Assembly (NCBI GenBank): GCA_036514715.1
Contig: DATBWR010000004.1
Location: 73,147-137,146, forward strand
Origin: Candidatus Nanoarchaeia archaeon
GTDB lineage: Bacteria > Patescibacteriota > Microgenomatia > Woykebacterales > RBG-16-39-9b
Direction of reading: 5' to 3'
DNA length: 64,000 nt
Shown here: positions 1 through 8,932 of the stretch, in pieces
How positions within the stretch are numbered: position 1 is the first letter of the stretch
Layout of the letters: each line of letters opens with the position of its first letter
Program-made: the position numbers and the translations under genes
The notes under the pieces: generated by a model
What the model saw: only the letters and a program-made list of their open reading frames with translations
What the model was told of the DNA's origin: nothing
The model's database searches: none

Positions 1-23
1 AACCGGGCTTTTAGTTGTAGTAG

Positions 24-593
24 CTAAATTTTACTTAACTCTTTAATAAGCGCCTCATTTTGAATTCCCATGTTGGGATCGTCTAAAGTACTACGAACAA
101 TACCTTTTTGATCAATAACTATATACGTGTGCCCCGGTGAATGGCCTTTGTGCATAGACGATGGTAAAGACAGCATGTCGTATTTTTTGGAGACTTCCTT
201 AGTCTGGTCCAGAAGAATAATTCCCTTAGCTAACTCCGGCATTTTCTTAGTTGCTTCTTGCCATTGGTCAAGGCTGTCGGGAACAATACTCAAAGTAATG
301 ATCTCATCGTTGTTGAGCCTGTTGTCAGTGCCTAAAGCTGCCATTTGATTCCAGCAGGCCGGATAACACATAATTCCTTCGTTGAAGAAAAGCACGACCT
401 TGCGTCCCTGTAGCTGGCTAAGGGTAATGCTTTTACCTTCATAACTTTTTAGGGAAAAGTCAGGCGCCGGTTTGCCCACCAGATTGTCTAGAGCTGTGGG
501 TGGAGACAGTTGGTTTTGACCATTCCTACTTATTAAAACCACGATGCCAATTATTATAATTGCAACCACAATCAGCGCTGCGGTAAATTTCAT
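24..593 (-). CDS. Thioredoxin-fold, membrane-anchored SCO1/SenC-like or TlpA-like thiol-disulfide / copper chaperone protein
   Basis: N-terminal TM helix; CxxxC motif (MCYPAC) about 90 residues before a conserved His (HTYIVIDQKG), as in the SCO1/SenC and redoxin families; sits in a copper/redox context. Confidence 0.5.
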   Translation of the reverse strand: MKFTAALIVVAIIIIGIVVLISRNGQNQLSPPTALDNLVGKPAPDFSLKSYEGKSITLSQLQGRKVVLFFNEGIMCYPACWNQMAALGTDNRLNNDEIITLSIVPDSLDQWQEATKKMPELAKGIILLDQTKEVSKKYDMLSLPSSMHKGHSPGHTYIVIDQKGIVRSTLDDPNMGIQNEALIKELSKI

Positions 594-1465
594 TTTTCCT
601 CCTTTTCTGAGCTTTGACTTTTAACTTGCCGATAAGCTAACCAAGCAATTATTACAAATAGAAAAATAAAAATAACTGCCCAGATAGCTTCGGGTATCAC
701 TTGAGTAGTACGACTAACCGTGCGGGTAATTTGCGCGAGCACTAAGTTAATTTCTAACTGATACTTAGAGCCGAAAATGTCCGGATTATTGCGTTCGAAT
801 AGCAGAATTAGCACGCCAAAAAGTACGAACAAGATCCCGGAGATTAAATGAGAAAGATTAACCGAAATTTGTTTTCCCAATAGTCTGTAGCTAATCCGCT
901 TGCGCAAGGACTGAAATTTAGCCAAGAGATTGGTACGGTCAGTTAGTAAAGCCACGATAAATAAAGGTATGACCATGCCGGTTACAAAAACAAGAGCATA
1001 AATTGCCCCCAGCAGCCACGATCCTGGAAGAGCTGATAAGGCCAGAACTCCAGCGAGTACTGGTGCGCAGCAAGTTGTGGCGATTCCAGAGAAGATTCCC
1101 AGCACGTATATAGATCCAAAGTCATAACCCTTTAACTGCGGTTTAACGTGGATTGGGAGCATAAAGTTCTTGCCTAGAATTAAACTGATACCCAAAATAA
1201 CCATGAAAACACCACCGAGAGTGAAGATAACATTATGATAGCGACTAAAAGCCTCTCCTAGGCTAGCTATACCTAAACCTAGAGGTACAAAGACTGTCAG
1301 TAGGCCTAAATAGTAAACAAAGGTCATCAGAAAAATTTTTGCCTTTGTTCTGAAAACTGAGGCCAGATAAGCTGGGAGTAAGACACCGACACAACAAGGT
1401 GCAAATAAAGCGGCCATACCCGCTAGAAAAGCAGTTATAAACGAGGCTGTCTCAACTATTCCCAT
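590..1465 (-). CDS. CcdA/DsbD-family integral membrane thiol-disulfide transporter
   Basis: Polytopic membrane protein with Cys pairs inside TM helices (FAPCCVGVLLPAYL and TTCCAPVLAG); overlaps the downstream Trx-like gene by 4 bp. Confidence 0.5.
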   Translation of the reverse strand: MGIVETASFITAFLAGMAALFAPCCVGVLLPAYLASVFRTKAKIFLMTFVYYLGLLTVFVPLGLGIASLGEAFSRYHNVIFTLGGVFMVILGISLILGKNFMLPIHVKPQLKGYDFGSIYVLGIFSGIATTCCAPVLAGVLALSALPGSWLLGAIYALVFVTGMVIPLFIVALLTDRTNLLAKFQSLRKRISYRLLGKQISVNLSHLISGILFVLFGVLILLFERNNPDIFGSKYQLEINLVLAQITRTVSRTTQVIPEAIWAVIFIFLFVIIAWLAYRQVKSQSSEKEEK

Positions 1466-1477
1466 AAAAACTGCTCC

Positions 1478-1924
1478 TTACTTTTCATTACAACAATCCA
1501 TCACATTTTCTACCAGCGAGCGTTTACCTGGATCATTTCGATAAATAAAGAGAACCCAGGTAGTTATCCAAAGTCCAAAAAGTACGCTGAGAATTAACAA
1601 AACATTACTAAGAGGGTTGACTAAGTAGTAAGCAAGTGTAGTTAGGGACAAGAAGAACGGAAGTGTAAAAATTCGCAGCTCCTTGGCTATATGCCGTTGT
1701 GTGTAATAATAAATTCCCGTTACACTTTCACCTAACAGTAGAGCTAACAGAGGAAGATCAGTAAAGCGATTTAACTTAGCAAGGACAAAAAGTCCTATCC
1801 AGGTAAGGCTGACACTTACACAGAGCACACAGAACTTTATTCCGAACACCTTTTTAACCAGAAGTAGTATTCCAAAGAAAGCGACAATTGCTAACAGAAC
1901 GTTGACTAACACAGTGGCCTCCAA
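1478..1924 (-). CDS. Small polytopic membrane protein with an intramembrane CxxC motif (candidate DsbB/VKOR-like thiol oxidoreductase)
   Basis: 148 aa with 4-5 predicted TM helices; CVLC at the start of TM2 and a C-terminal CC; first gene of the minus-strand redox operon. Confidence 0.35.
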   Translation of the reverse strand: MEATVLVNVLLAIVAFFGILLLVKKVFGIKFCVLCVSVSLTWIGLFVLAKLNRFTDLPLLALLLGESVTGIYYYTQRHIAKELRIFTLPFFLSLTTLAYYLVNPLSNVLLILSVLFGLWITTWVLFIYRNDPGKRSLVENVMDCCNEK

Positions 1925-2008
1925 GTTGGTTGATTACAGTTTTGCTTCATAAACCAGAGAACATTGTAAACTGTTAAGAGTATACTCTTTTAAAGAGATA
2001 TATTCAAG

Positions 2009-2018
2009 TATTCGAATA
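2009..2018. promoter_or_regulatory. Perfect 10-bp palindrome TATTCGAATA in the divergent promoter region (candidate ArsR-family operator)
   Basis: Read directly in the sequence, about 30 bp upstream of the ArsR-like gene; has a TGAA/TTCA-like core as in SmtB/ArsR operators. Confidence 0.3.
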
Positions 2019-2045
2019 TTATGAAGATTGTGGTAGAATTACTGT

Positions 2046-2564
2046 ATGTATAACAAGATTTTCCTTTTAGAGGAAGAAGTTTTTAAGGTAATGGCTAATC
2101 AAAAAAGATTGGAGATTATTCAGCTGTTAAAACATCAAGAATTAAGCGTGTCTGAAATGGTTAGTATGCTTGGTATTCGTCAAGCCAATTTATCACAGCA
2201 CCTTGCACTTTTAAGGCAAAGGAATTTATTAAAAGTCCGTAAAGATGGACAGAAAGTTTATTATCGGTTAGCGGATAAGAGAATAGCTAAAGCAGTTGAC
2301 TTTATATTTCACTTCTTAGAGTCCCAACAACGTTTTGATTCCGTGGAGTCGGCGGTAATAGACCGTGCTGATATTTACCCGATAGTTAAAGATCCAGTTT
2401 GTGGGATGAGAATGAGTATTCAGGAAACTTTCGATAGTACACAATACGCTGGAGTTACGTATTATTTTTGTGCTAGTGGTTGTAAATCAAAATTCCTGTC
2501 CCAACCTCGCTCGTACGCAAAAAAGATGGAGGCTTATAAAACCAATCTAAGGCCAAATAGTTAA
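2046..2564 (+). CDS. ArsR/SmtB-family metalloregulator fused to a C-terminal YHS/TRASH metal-binding domain
   Basis: HTH LSVSEMVSMLGIRQANLSQHLALLRQRNLLKVRKDGQKVYYRL; C-terminal DPVCGM...YYFCASGC YHS-like motif. The true start may be the internal ATG at 2091 (MANQKRLEII). Confidence 0.75.
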   Translation: MYNKIFLLEEEVFKVMANQKRLEIIQLLKHQELSVSEMVSMLGIRQANLSQHLALLRQRNLLKVRKDGQKVYYRLADKRIAKAVDFIFHFLESQQRFDSVESAVIDRADIYPIVKDPVCGMRMSIQETFDSTQYAGVTYYFCASGCKSKFLSQPRSYAKKMEAYKTNLRPNS

Positions 2565-2619
2565 TCAGAAGATTGTAATGACCCGTAAGCATAATAATTA
2601 GTTAGGAGGTGGTAAAGGT

Positions 2620-3024
2620 ATGTCAAAGGAGATTCAATACGGCTTGGGTGGGTTAGTTGTTGGTGTCCTGATTACTGTTTTTGTTGCTTCAACTGCAGTC
2701 AACAGTGGTAATAACGGCATGATGCGAATGATGGGTATGAATACAGACAGAATGATCGAAGAAGTTGACGAACATGGGATGATGGGAATGGGGTCAAGCA
2801 TGGATGAGATGATGAATTCTCTAGAAGGTAAAAGTGGCGACAGCTTTGACGAAGCGTTCATATCAGCGATGATTATTCATCACGAAGGAGCTATTGATAT
2901 GGCCGAAGAAGCGAAAAAGAGTGCTAAACATCAAGAAATAAAAGACCTTGCTGACGACATCATTGAGGCTCAGACAAGTGAAATAAATCAAATGAAAGAT
3001 TGGCAGGAAAGTTGGGGATATTAA
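2620..3024 (+). CDS. Met-rich, membrane-anchored DUF305-like copper-binding protein
   Basis: Strong RBS aggaggtgg; N-terminal TM helix; run of MMRMMGM...HGMMGMGSSMDEMM; C-terminal IIHHEGAIDMA motif typical of DUF305. Confidence 0.6.
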   Translation: MSKEIQYGLGGLVVGVLITVFVASTAVNSGNNGMMRMMGMNTDRMIEEVDEHGMMGMGSSMDEMMNSLEGKSGDSFDEAFISAMIIHHEGAIDMAEEAKKSAKHQEIKDLADDIIEAQTSEINQMKDWQESWGY

Positions 3025-3054
3025 CTTATTAATCTACAGAAAGAGGTGGTCAAA

Positions 3055-3183
3055 ATGATGGATGGTTATTTTGGAATGAATATGGGGTCGTTCGGTACTC
3101 TAATGTGGTTAACTTGGGTGTTAGTACTTGTTGCTTTAGTTCTCGGTATCATCTGGCTGTGGAAGCAGATAAATAAAAAATAA
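3055..3183 (+). CDS. 42-aa Met-rich single-TM micro-protein (MMDGYFGMNMGSFGTLMWLTWVLVLVALVLGIIWLWKQINKK)
   Basis: Not in the ORF track; RBS agaggtgg 6 nt upstream of ATG; hydrophobic TM segment; lies between the Met-rich protein and the ABC permease. Confidence 0.3.
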   Translation: MMDGYFGMNMGSFGTLMWLTWVLVLVALVLGIIWLWKQINKK

Positions 3184-3190
3184 GGAATTA

Positions 3191-4300
3191 ATGTTGTTCA
3201 TCGCCTTAAAAAACCTTTTTCAAGAGAAAACCCGCCTTTTTATCAGTGTTGGCGGAGTTGCCTTTAGTGTTCTTTTGATCCTGATCTTACAAGGTCTCCT
3301 TCAAGGTTTTAGTTTTCGGATTGGTGAATACATTCGAAAGCAGGATGCAGACCTATGGGTTGGGGATGCCAGAGCCCGCGATATGTTTCACAGTATTTCC
3401 CTACTTTCAATCGCTGATGAGGAAAAAATTGAAGGAGTTGAAGGGGTGGAAAGTGTCAGCCCATTTTTAGCTCGGCAAGTTGTGGTTGCTACAGCGCATA
3501 AGGAAACTGCTACATACTTTATTGGCTATGATGCAACTACCGGAGTTGGAGGTCCAACTAAGGTAGTTGAGGGGAAGGAAACTCCTTCAAACGGAGAGAT
3601 AATTGTCGATCGAGTTTTTGCGGGTAATCATAAAGTTAAAATCGGTGACAACCTGATAGTAGGTCAAAGTAACTTCAAAGTGGTTGGTGTTTCTACCGGT
3701 ACAAATTTAGTTTCCTTTCAGTACTCTTTTGTTACCAAGGAAGATGCGGAAAGAACCTTGAGCATGACAGGGCAAACCAACTACTTTGTAGTTAAACTTA
3801 AGGACAATAGTGATAGGGAACGAGTTGCACAGGAAATTAAACAGAACTTACCAACTGTCAAAGTCTTTACCAAAGAAGAATTTGTTGACCGCAACACCGA
3901 GATTGTCAGAGATACTTTCTTGCCGGTTGTCAGGGTGCTGCTTGTAATTGGTTTCATTGTGGGTGTAGCGGTCATTGGTCTGACCATTTACACCTCTACA
4001 GTTGAAAAATCCAAGGAATATGGTGTTCTCAAAGCTATTGGTGTTAGAAATAGCCAGCTTTACAAAATGGTCTTCGCCCAGTCTCTCGTCGCCGGTGTTT
4101 CAGGTTTTCTTTTCGGCTCACTAATGGCACTGGTAGTAAACCTGGTGATTGATCGTTTCGTTCCAGCTTTTATTACTTATTTCAGATTAATTGATTTTGG
4201 TTGGGTGTTCTTAGCAAGCGTTCTAATGGCAATTCTAGCTTCTTACATTCCAATTAGAAGAATTGCCATGGTCAATCCAGCGGAGGTTTTTAAAGGATGA
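3191..4300 (+). CDS. ABC transporter permease, FtsX/MacB-like
   Basis: N-terminal TM helix, large extracytoplasmic domain, C-terminal 3-TM FtsX-like region; overlaps the downstream ATPase gene by 4 bp. Confidence 0.7.
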   Translation: MLFIALKNLFQEKTRLFISVGGVAFSVLLILILQGLLQGFSFRIGEYIRKQDADLWVGDARARDMFHSISLLSIADEEKIEGVEGVESVSPFLARQVVVATAHKETATYFIGYDATTGVGGPTKVVEGKETPSNGEIIVDRVFAGNHKVKIGDNLIVGQSNFKVVGVSTGTNLVSFQYSFVTKEDAERTLSMTGQTNYFVVKLKDNSDRERVAQEIKQNLPTVKVFTKEEFVDRNTEIVRDTFLPVVRVLLVIGFIVGVAVIGLTIYTSTVEKSKEYGVLKAIGVRNSQLYKMVFAQSLVAGVSGFLFGSLMALVVNLVIDRFVPAFITYFRLIDFGWVFLASVLMAILASYIPIRRIAMVNPAEVFKG

Positions 4301-5013
4301 GTTTAGTTGCTAACAACATAACCAAGGTTTTTGGCAAAGGTCACACCTCTGTAAAAGCAGTCAATAATGTCTCTTTGAATATTTTACCAGGAGAAGTAGT
4401 TTTGATAATGGGACCGTCAGGTAGTGGTAAGACTACACTGATTACAATTTTAGGAGGTTTGCTTTCACCTAATGAGGGTTCTGTAGTCATAAACCACGAA
4501 GACATTACCAAGTTGAAGGAGGATAAACTGCCAAGTTTTAGGTTGGAAAATATTGGCTTTATCTTCCAATCATTTAATATCCTCTCTGCTCTAAATGCAA
4601 CTGAAAATGTCGCTGTGCCATTAATAGCGCGTGGTATCAGTCAGAAAAAAGCCACCGAGGCCGCCCAAGATTTTTTGAAAAGGTTGGGTTTGGGCGAGCG
4701 GTTAAACAACAGACCTTCAGATCTTTCAGGTGGTGAAAAGCAAAGAGTAGCTATAGCTAGAGCTTTAGTCACCAACCCTAGTATTATTTTGGCGGACGAG
4801 CCAACCGCCAATTTGGATTCTAAAAACGGCCACGAAGTTATGTTGAAACTGTGTGGTGTTGCCTGTGAGGAAAATAAGTCGGTGGTTATCGTTAGCCATG
4901 ATCAGAGAATTAAAGACATTGCTCACCGCGTACTCTGGATTGAAGACGGAAAATTGACTAAAGAAGAAGAGGGTAATCACAAAAAGGTCTGCCCGCACGA
5001 GAATTTAGTTTGA
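4297..5013 (+). CDS. ABC transporter ATP-binding protein (MacB/LolD-type) with a Cys/His-containing C-terminal tail
   Basis: Walker A GPSGSGKTT, signature LSGGEKQRVAIARAL, Walker B ILADEPTANLD; tail KLCGVACEEN...KVCPHENLV. Confidence 0.85.
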   Translation: MSLVANNITKVFGKGHTSVKAVNNVSLNILPGEVVLIMGPSGSGKTTLITILGGLLSPNEGSVVINHEDITKLKEDKLPSFRLENIGFIFQSFNILSALNATENVAVPLIARGISQKKATEAAQDFLKRLGLGERLNNRPSDLSGGEKQRVAIARALVTNPSIILADEPTANLDSKNGHEVMLKLCGVACEENKSVVIVSHDQRIKDIAHRVLWIEDGKLTKEEEGNHKKVCPHENLV

Positions 5014-5041
5014 ATATGTTAACAAACAAAACTAAGAAAAG

Positions 5042-5434
5042 ATGAAACTGCTTAGAGGCTTTATATCCTGGATAGCAACTCCCTTGGTGTCAATATGCCC
5101 ACTTTGCACTTTCACAGCTGCCTTTATTGCCTTGGGACAGGTAAGTTTCCTTTTCGCTATAGCTAGAGTTCTAATTCCGATACTATTTGTTCTGATTTCA
5201 ATTTCTGTTTTCAGTTTTTATCTCAGCTACCGGTCGCACCGTAACCCTTACCCATTCCTGGCAGCTGTTTTTGGTGGGGCTATCTTAATTTATGGAAACT
5301 TAGCCTTTGGAGCCAGTATTTTATTTCAGATGATTGGGATTCTACTTTTAAGTTCGGCAGCTTTGGTGGATCTGAATATTAGACTGTCAAATGAAAAAAC
5401 TGGAAAAGAAGGAAAAACAGAACAGTTAAATTAG
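5042..5434 (+). CDS. Small integral membrane protein with CPLC in the first TM helix
   Basis: 130 aa, about 4 TM helices; SICPLCTF motif; metal-resistance neighbourhood. Confidence 0.4.
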   Translation: MKLLRGFISWIATPLVSICPLCTFTAAFIALGQVSFLFAIARVLIPILFVLISISVFSFYLSYRSHRNPYPFLAAVFGGAILIYGNLAFGASILFQMIGILLLSSAALVDLNIRLSNEKTGKEGKTEQLN

Positions 5435-5447
5435 AATTCGAGGTATT

Positions 5448-6149
5448 ATGCAATTTGCCTATTTAATCGGTAGTTTAAGCTTATCTCTAATCTGGGTTGT
5501 TATTTGGTTCTCTTTGAAGTCAAAGGAGAGCCGAGCCGAAATGGTTAAGGTCAGTTTGGCGACTTCACTTTTGGGTTTTACCGAACCGATTTTTGTGCCA
5601 GCCTATTGGAACCCGCCGACTCTATTTAATTTGGCTAGCAAAACAGGCTTTGATCTGGAAAGCTTAGTTTTTGCTTTTGCGGTTGGTGGTATCGCTGTGG
5701 CCGCTTATGAACTGTTTTGGAAGGGTCGACATCAAGAGATTACCCAAGAGGAGAGGCATCACCCCCAACACAAGTTCCATCTTTGGGCACTTCTGGCCGC
5801 GCCGGTAAGTTTTCTAATCCTCTTTTTAGCAACAAGCTTAAACCCAATCTATTCAACCGTTACAGCTCTCTTGGTCGGGGCAGTCGCCACCTTCTATTGC
5901 CGGCCGGATCTGATTAGAAAAATGGTTAGCAGCGGTCTACTATTTTTGAGTGTGTATTTTTTCTTCTTCCTGGTTTTTAATCTTTTGTTTCCCGGTTACA
6001 CGGAAGAAGTTTGGAATTTGAAGGCGATTTCCGGAATTTTAATACTTAAAGTACCATTGGAAGAACTTTTGTTTGCTTTCAGCTTTGGTTTAATGTGGTC
6101 CAGCGTTTATGAACATACATCCTGGAGGATTTACAAGGAAAAACCATGA
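5448..6149 (+). CDS. Integral membrane protein, function unknown
   Basis: 233 aa polytopic protein with a His-rich loop HHPQHKFH; overlaps the next gene by 4 bp. Confidence 0.4.
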   Translation: MQFAYLIGSLSLSLIWVVIWFSLKSKESRAEMVKVSLATSLLGFTEPIFVPAYWNPPTLFNLASKTGFDLESLVFAFAVGGIAVAAYELFWKGRHQEITQEERHHPQHKFHLWALLAAPVSFLILFLATSLNPIYSTVTALLVGAVATFYCRPDLIRKMVSSGLLFLSVYFFFFLVFNLLFPGYTEEVWNLKAISGILILKVPLEELLFAFSFGLMWSSVYEHTSWRIYKEKP

Positions 6150-6655
6150 TCACTTCGAAGACCAAAACAATTTTGTTAGTAATTATTTTTGCAATCGCCT
6201 TCGCTTTCGTGGAAGCCTCGGTTGTGGTTTATTTACGACATCTTCTCGGAGCTGGTTTCAACCCGCCGCAAGTGAGTAAAGGACAGATTTTGTTTTTAAT
6301 CCCTGGTATAGCCTTTCTTGATCCAAAGACGGCTGTTTCGGTAATCAGGGAATCAGAGATACTTAGAATTGAACAGTTCAGGGAGGCAGCGACTTTGGTA
6401 ATTCTTGCTAGTGTAGCTTTTTTGACCGCCAAAAACTGGTGGCAAAGACTGGCCTACTTTCTTCTTGCCTTTGGTGTCTGGGATATTTTTTACTATATGT
6501 TCTTGCGTCTCACTATTGGCTGGCCGAGATCTTTAGCCGACCTGGATATCTTCTTCTTGCTGCCTTTTCCTTGGGTTGGTCCGGTGATAACTCCAGTGGC
6601 TATCTCCGCCTTGCTGATTTTGACAAGTTTTATAATCTTAAAAAGAAAGGATTAA
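6146..6655 (+). CDS. Integral membrane protein, function unknown
   Basis: 169 aa, 4-5 TM helices; co-directional within the putative operon leading into the P-type ATPase. Confidence 0.4.
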   Translation: MITSKTKTILLVIIFAIAFAFVEASVVVYLRHLLGAGFNPPQVSKGQILFLIPGIAFLDPKTAVSVIRESEILRIEQFREAATLVILASVAFLTAKNWWQRLAYFLLAFGVWDIFYYMFLRLTIGWPRSLADLDIFFLLPFPWVGPVITPVAISALLILTSFIILKRKD

Positions 6656-6659
6656 AATT

Positions 6660-8921
6660 ATGAATGATGAAGTTAGTAGCAAAACTTACACTTGTCCAAT
6701 GCATCCTGAAGTGCAGCAGGACAAACCTGGGTCCTGTCCCAAGTGCGGGATGACTCTTGTTCCAACTGAAAAGAAACCTCTGCAAGAGGGTGAGCACGGG
6801 ACTCATACGAATCACGAGATGAAACCCTCTTCCGAAATGAGCTTCCTGGAGCGGTTCCGGATGAGTATGACTATGAGCATGGGGATGGAACACACTGGTC
6901 TTGCCGGCAGAGAGATGGCCAGACTGATGGAACTAGATATTCGCAACAAGTTCTTCTTTGCCTTGGTTTTGTCAGCCCCAATCATCGCTTACTCACCATT
7001 AGGTACAGAGTTTTTCAAACTAAACTTGCCGGAACCGATTCCAGCAACCTGGATACTATTTATTTTAACGACCCCAGTCTTTTTCTATTCGGGCTGGATT
7101 TTTCTTTACTCCACCTACAAAGCACTACAGGCAAAAACTCTCAATATGGCAGTTTTAATTGCTGTTGGAATTACTGCTGCTTACGCCTTTAGTGTTTTAC
7201 TTAGCTTTTTAGGAAGCACAGACTCATATTATGAGGCCGCTGCTCTACTAATTACTTTTGTTCTCTTTGGGCATTGGATGGAGATGAAATCGCGTCGTGG
7301 CACAACTGATGCCCTCCAAGCCCTTTTTGCTCTAGTACCACCGCAAGCAAGAGTTATAAGTGACGGCTCGCCTCGCTTCGCGGTCGAAGCGGGTAAAGAA
7401 CAGGTAGTCCCGACTTCAGAGGTAAAATTAAATGACGTTGTAGTTCTTAAACCTGGCGATAAAGTGCCGGTTGACGGAGAAATTATTGAGGGAGAAACAG
7501 CAATTGATGAGTCCTTAGTCACCGGAGAATCGGTTCCAGTAGAGCGAAAATCGGGGGACATGGTAATAGGTGGATCAATTAATTTATCAGGATCGGTAAA
7601 GTTTGAAGCGACCAAAATTGGCCAAGACACTGCTCTTGCTCAAATTGTCAAAATGGTGGAAATTGCCCAAAATTCCAAGGCTCCAGGGCAAAAGCTAGCT
7701 GATCGTTTTGCCAAATACTTAGTAATCGTTGCTGTGGGTGGTGGACTTATTACTTTTGTAGTTTGGTATTTCATTCTTGGAGCGCCAATACTTCTTGCAC
7801 TAACCTTTGCCATCTCAACTGTCGTTATTGCTTGTCCTGACGCGTTAGGTTTGGCAACCCCAACAGCTGTAGCAGTCGGAACTGGTCTTGGGGCAAAACA
7901 TAATATTCTAATTAAAGATGCGACTACGCTTGAGCAAACATCCAAAATTCAGGCAGTAGTGACGGATAAAACAGGAACGCTTACGCAAGGTAAGCCAAAA
8001 ATTACCAGTATTGCGACACTTAATAGTTTTGATGAAAATGATGCATTGCAACTGATTGGAGCTGCTGAGGCAAAATCCTCACATCCTCTTTCAAATGCAG
8101 TGCTTGAAGAACTGAAAAAAAGAGACCTCTCACTTCCACAAAAGGTTGAGAAATTTCAAAATCTTTCTGGACTTGGAGTAAAAGCGGAAGTTTCCGGGAA
8201 GCAAGTGTTAGTGGGAACTAAAAGGTTAATGAATGAAAATAAGATTGATACGAGTTCCCTTGAAAAAGATATTATTACATTTCAAGAAAACGGTGAAACT
8301 ATTATGCTTCTCGCTGTTGATAACAAATTAGTAGCAATTGTCGGAGCTATTGACCCCATTAAGGAAAATTCAAAAAAAGCAGTTGACCGCCTCAATGAGC
8401 TGGGAATTGAAACAGCCATGATCACTGGGGACAATGAAAAAACTGCCCAAATTGTAGCTAAGAAGATCGGTATTAAAAGAGTCTTTGCTGATGTTCTCCC
8501 CGAAGAGAAAGCTAATTATGTCAAGAAACTACAAGAGGAAGGGAAATTTGTAGCTATGGTGGGGGATGGAGTCAACGATGCACCAGCCTTAGCCCAAGCT
8601 GATATTGGCATCGCAATTGGAGCGGGTACTGATGTGGCCATTGAAACCGCCAAGGTAGTGCTGATGAGATCAGACCCAGCTGATGTTTTGCGGGCAATTC
8701 GTTTGAGTAAAGCAACTGTGACCAAGATGAAACAAAACCTTTTTTGGGCTTCAATCTACAACCTTTTGGCAATTCCCGTTGCCGCTGGTATCCTTTATCC
8801 TAATTTTGGTATTTCGCTACGACCGGAAGTCTCTGCTCTCTTGATGAGTGCTTCTTCGATCATTGTCGCTACTAACGCAGTGCTGCTCAACCGATCTGAA
8901 AAAGATCTAATTAAAGTCTAA
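6660..8921 (+). CDS. copA: Heavy-metal (copper)-translocating P1B-type ATPase
   Basis: N-terminal CPMHP...CPKCGM metal-binding motif plus a His/Met-rich stretch; TGES; phosphorylation site DKTGTLT; GDGVNDAPAL; the TM6 motif is CPD (IACPDALGLATP) rather than CPC or CPH. Confidence 0.9.
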   Translation: MNDEVSSKTYTCPMHPEVQQDKPGSCPKCGMTLVPTEKKPLQEGEHGTHTNHEMKPSSEMSFLERFRMSMTMSMGMEHTGLAGREMARLMELDIRNKFFFALVLSAPIIAYSPLGTEFFKLNLPEPIPATWILFILTTPVFFYSGWIFLYSTYKALQAKTLNMAVLIAVGITAAYAFSVLLSFLGSTDSYYEAAALLITFVLFGHWMEMKSRRGTTDALQALFALVPPQARVISDGSPRFAVEAGKEQVVPTSEVKLNDVVVLKPGDKVPVDGEIIEGETAIDESLVTGESVPVERKSGDMVIGGSINLSGSVKFEATKIGQDTALAQIVKMVEIAQNSKAPGQKLADRFAKYLVIVAVGGGLITFVVWYFILGAPILLALTFAISTVVIACPDALGLATPTAVAVGTGLGAKHNILIKDATTLEQTSKIQAVVTDKTGTLTQGKPKITSIATLNSFDENDALQLIGAAEAKSSHPLSNAVLEELKKRDLSLPQKVEKFQNLSGLGVKAEVSGKQVLVGTKRLMNENKIDTSSLEKDIITFQENGETIMLLAVDNKLVAIVGAIDPIKENSKKAVDRLNELGIETAMITGDNEKTAQIVAKKIGIKRVFADVLPEEKANYVKKLQEEGKFVAMVGDGVNDAPALAQADIGIAIGAGTDVAIETAKVVLMRSDPADVLRAIRLSKATVTKMKQNLFWASIYNLLAIPVAAGILYPNFGISLRPEVSALLMSASSIIVATNAVLLNRSEKDLIKV

Positions 8922-8932
8922 TTCAAAAAGTT

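Noticed and set aside
6439-6663. 74-aa ORF overlapping the 3' end of the 6146-6655 membrane protein gene
   Set aside because: It lies in an alternative frame of the same strand within a hydrophobic gene and has no RBS. The longer frame is preferred.
7229-7945. Antisense ORFs inside copA (7229-7630, 7640-7945), inside secA (19598-19930, 19773-19982, 20077-20295) and similar shadow ORFs
   Set aside because: They are fully embedded antisense to well-supported long CDSs. They are low-complexity and lack RBSs, so they are spurious.
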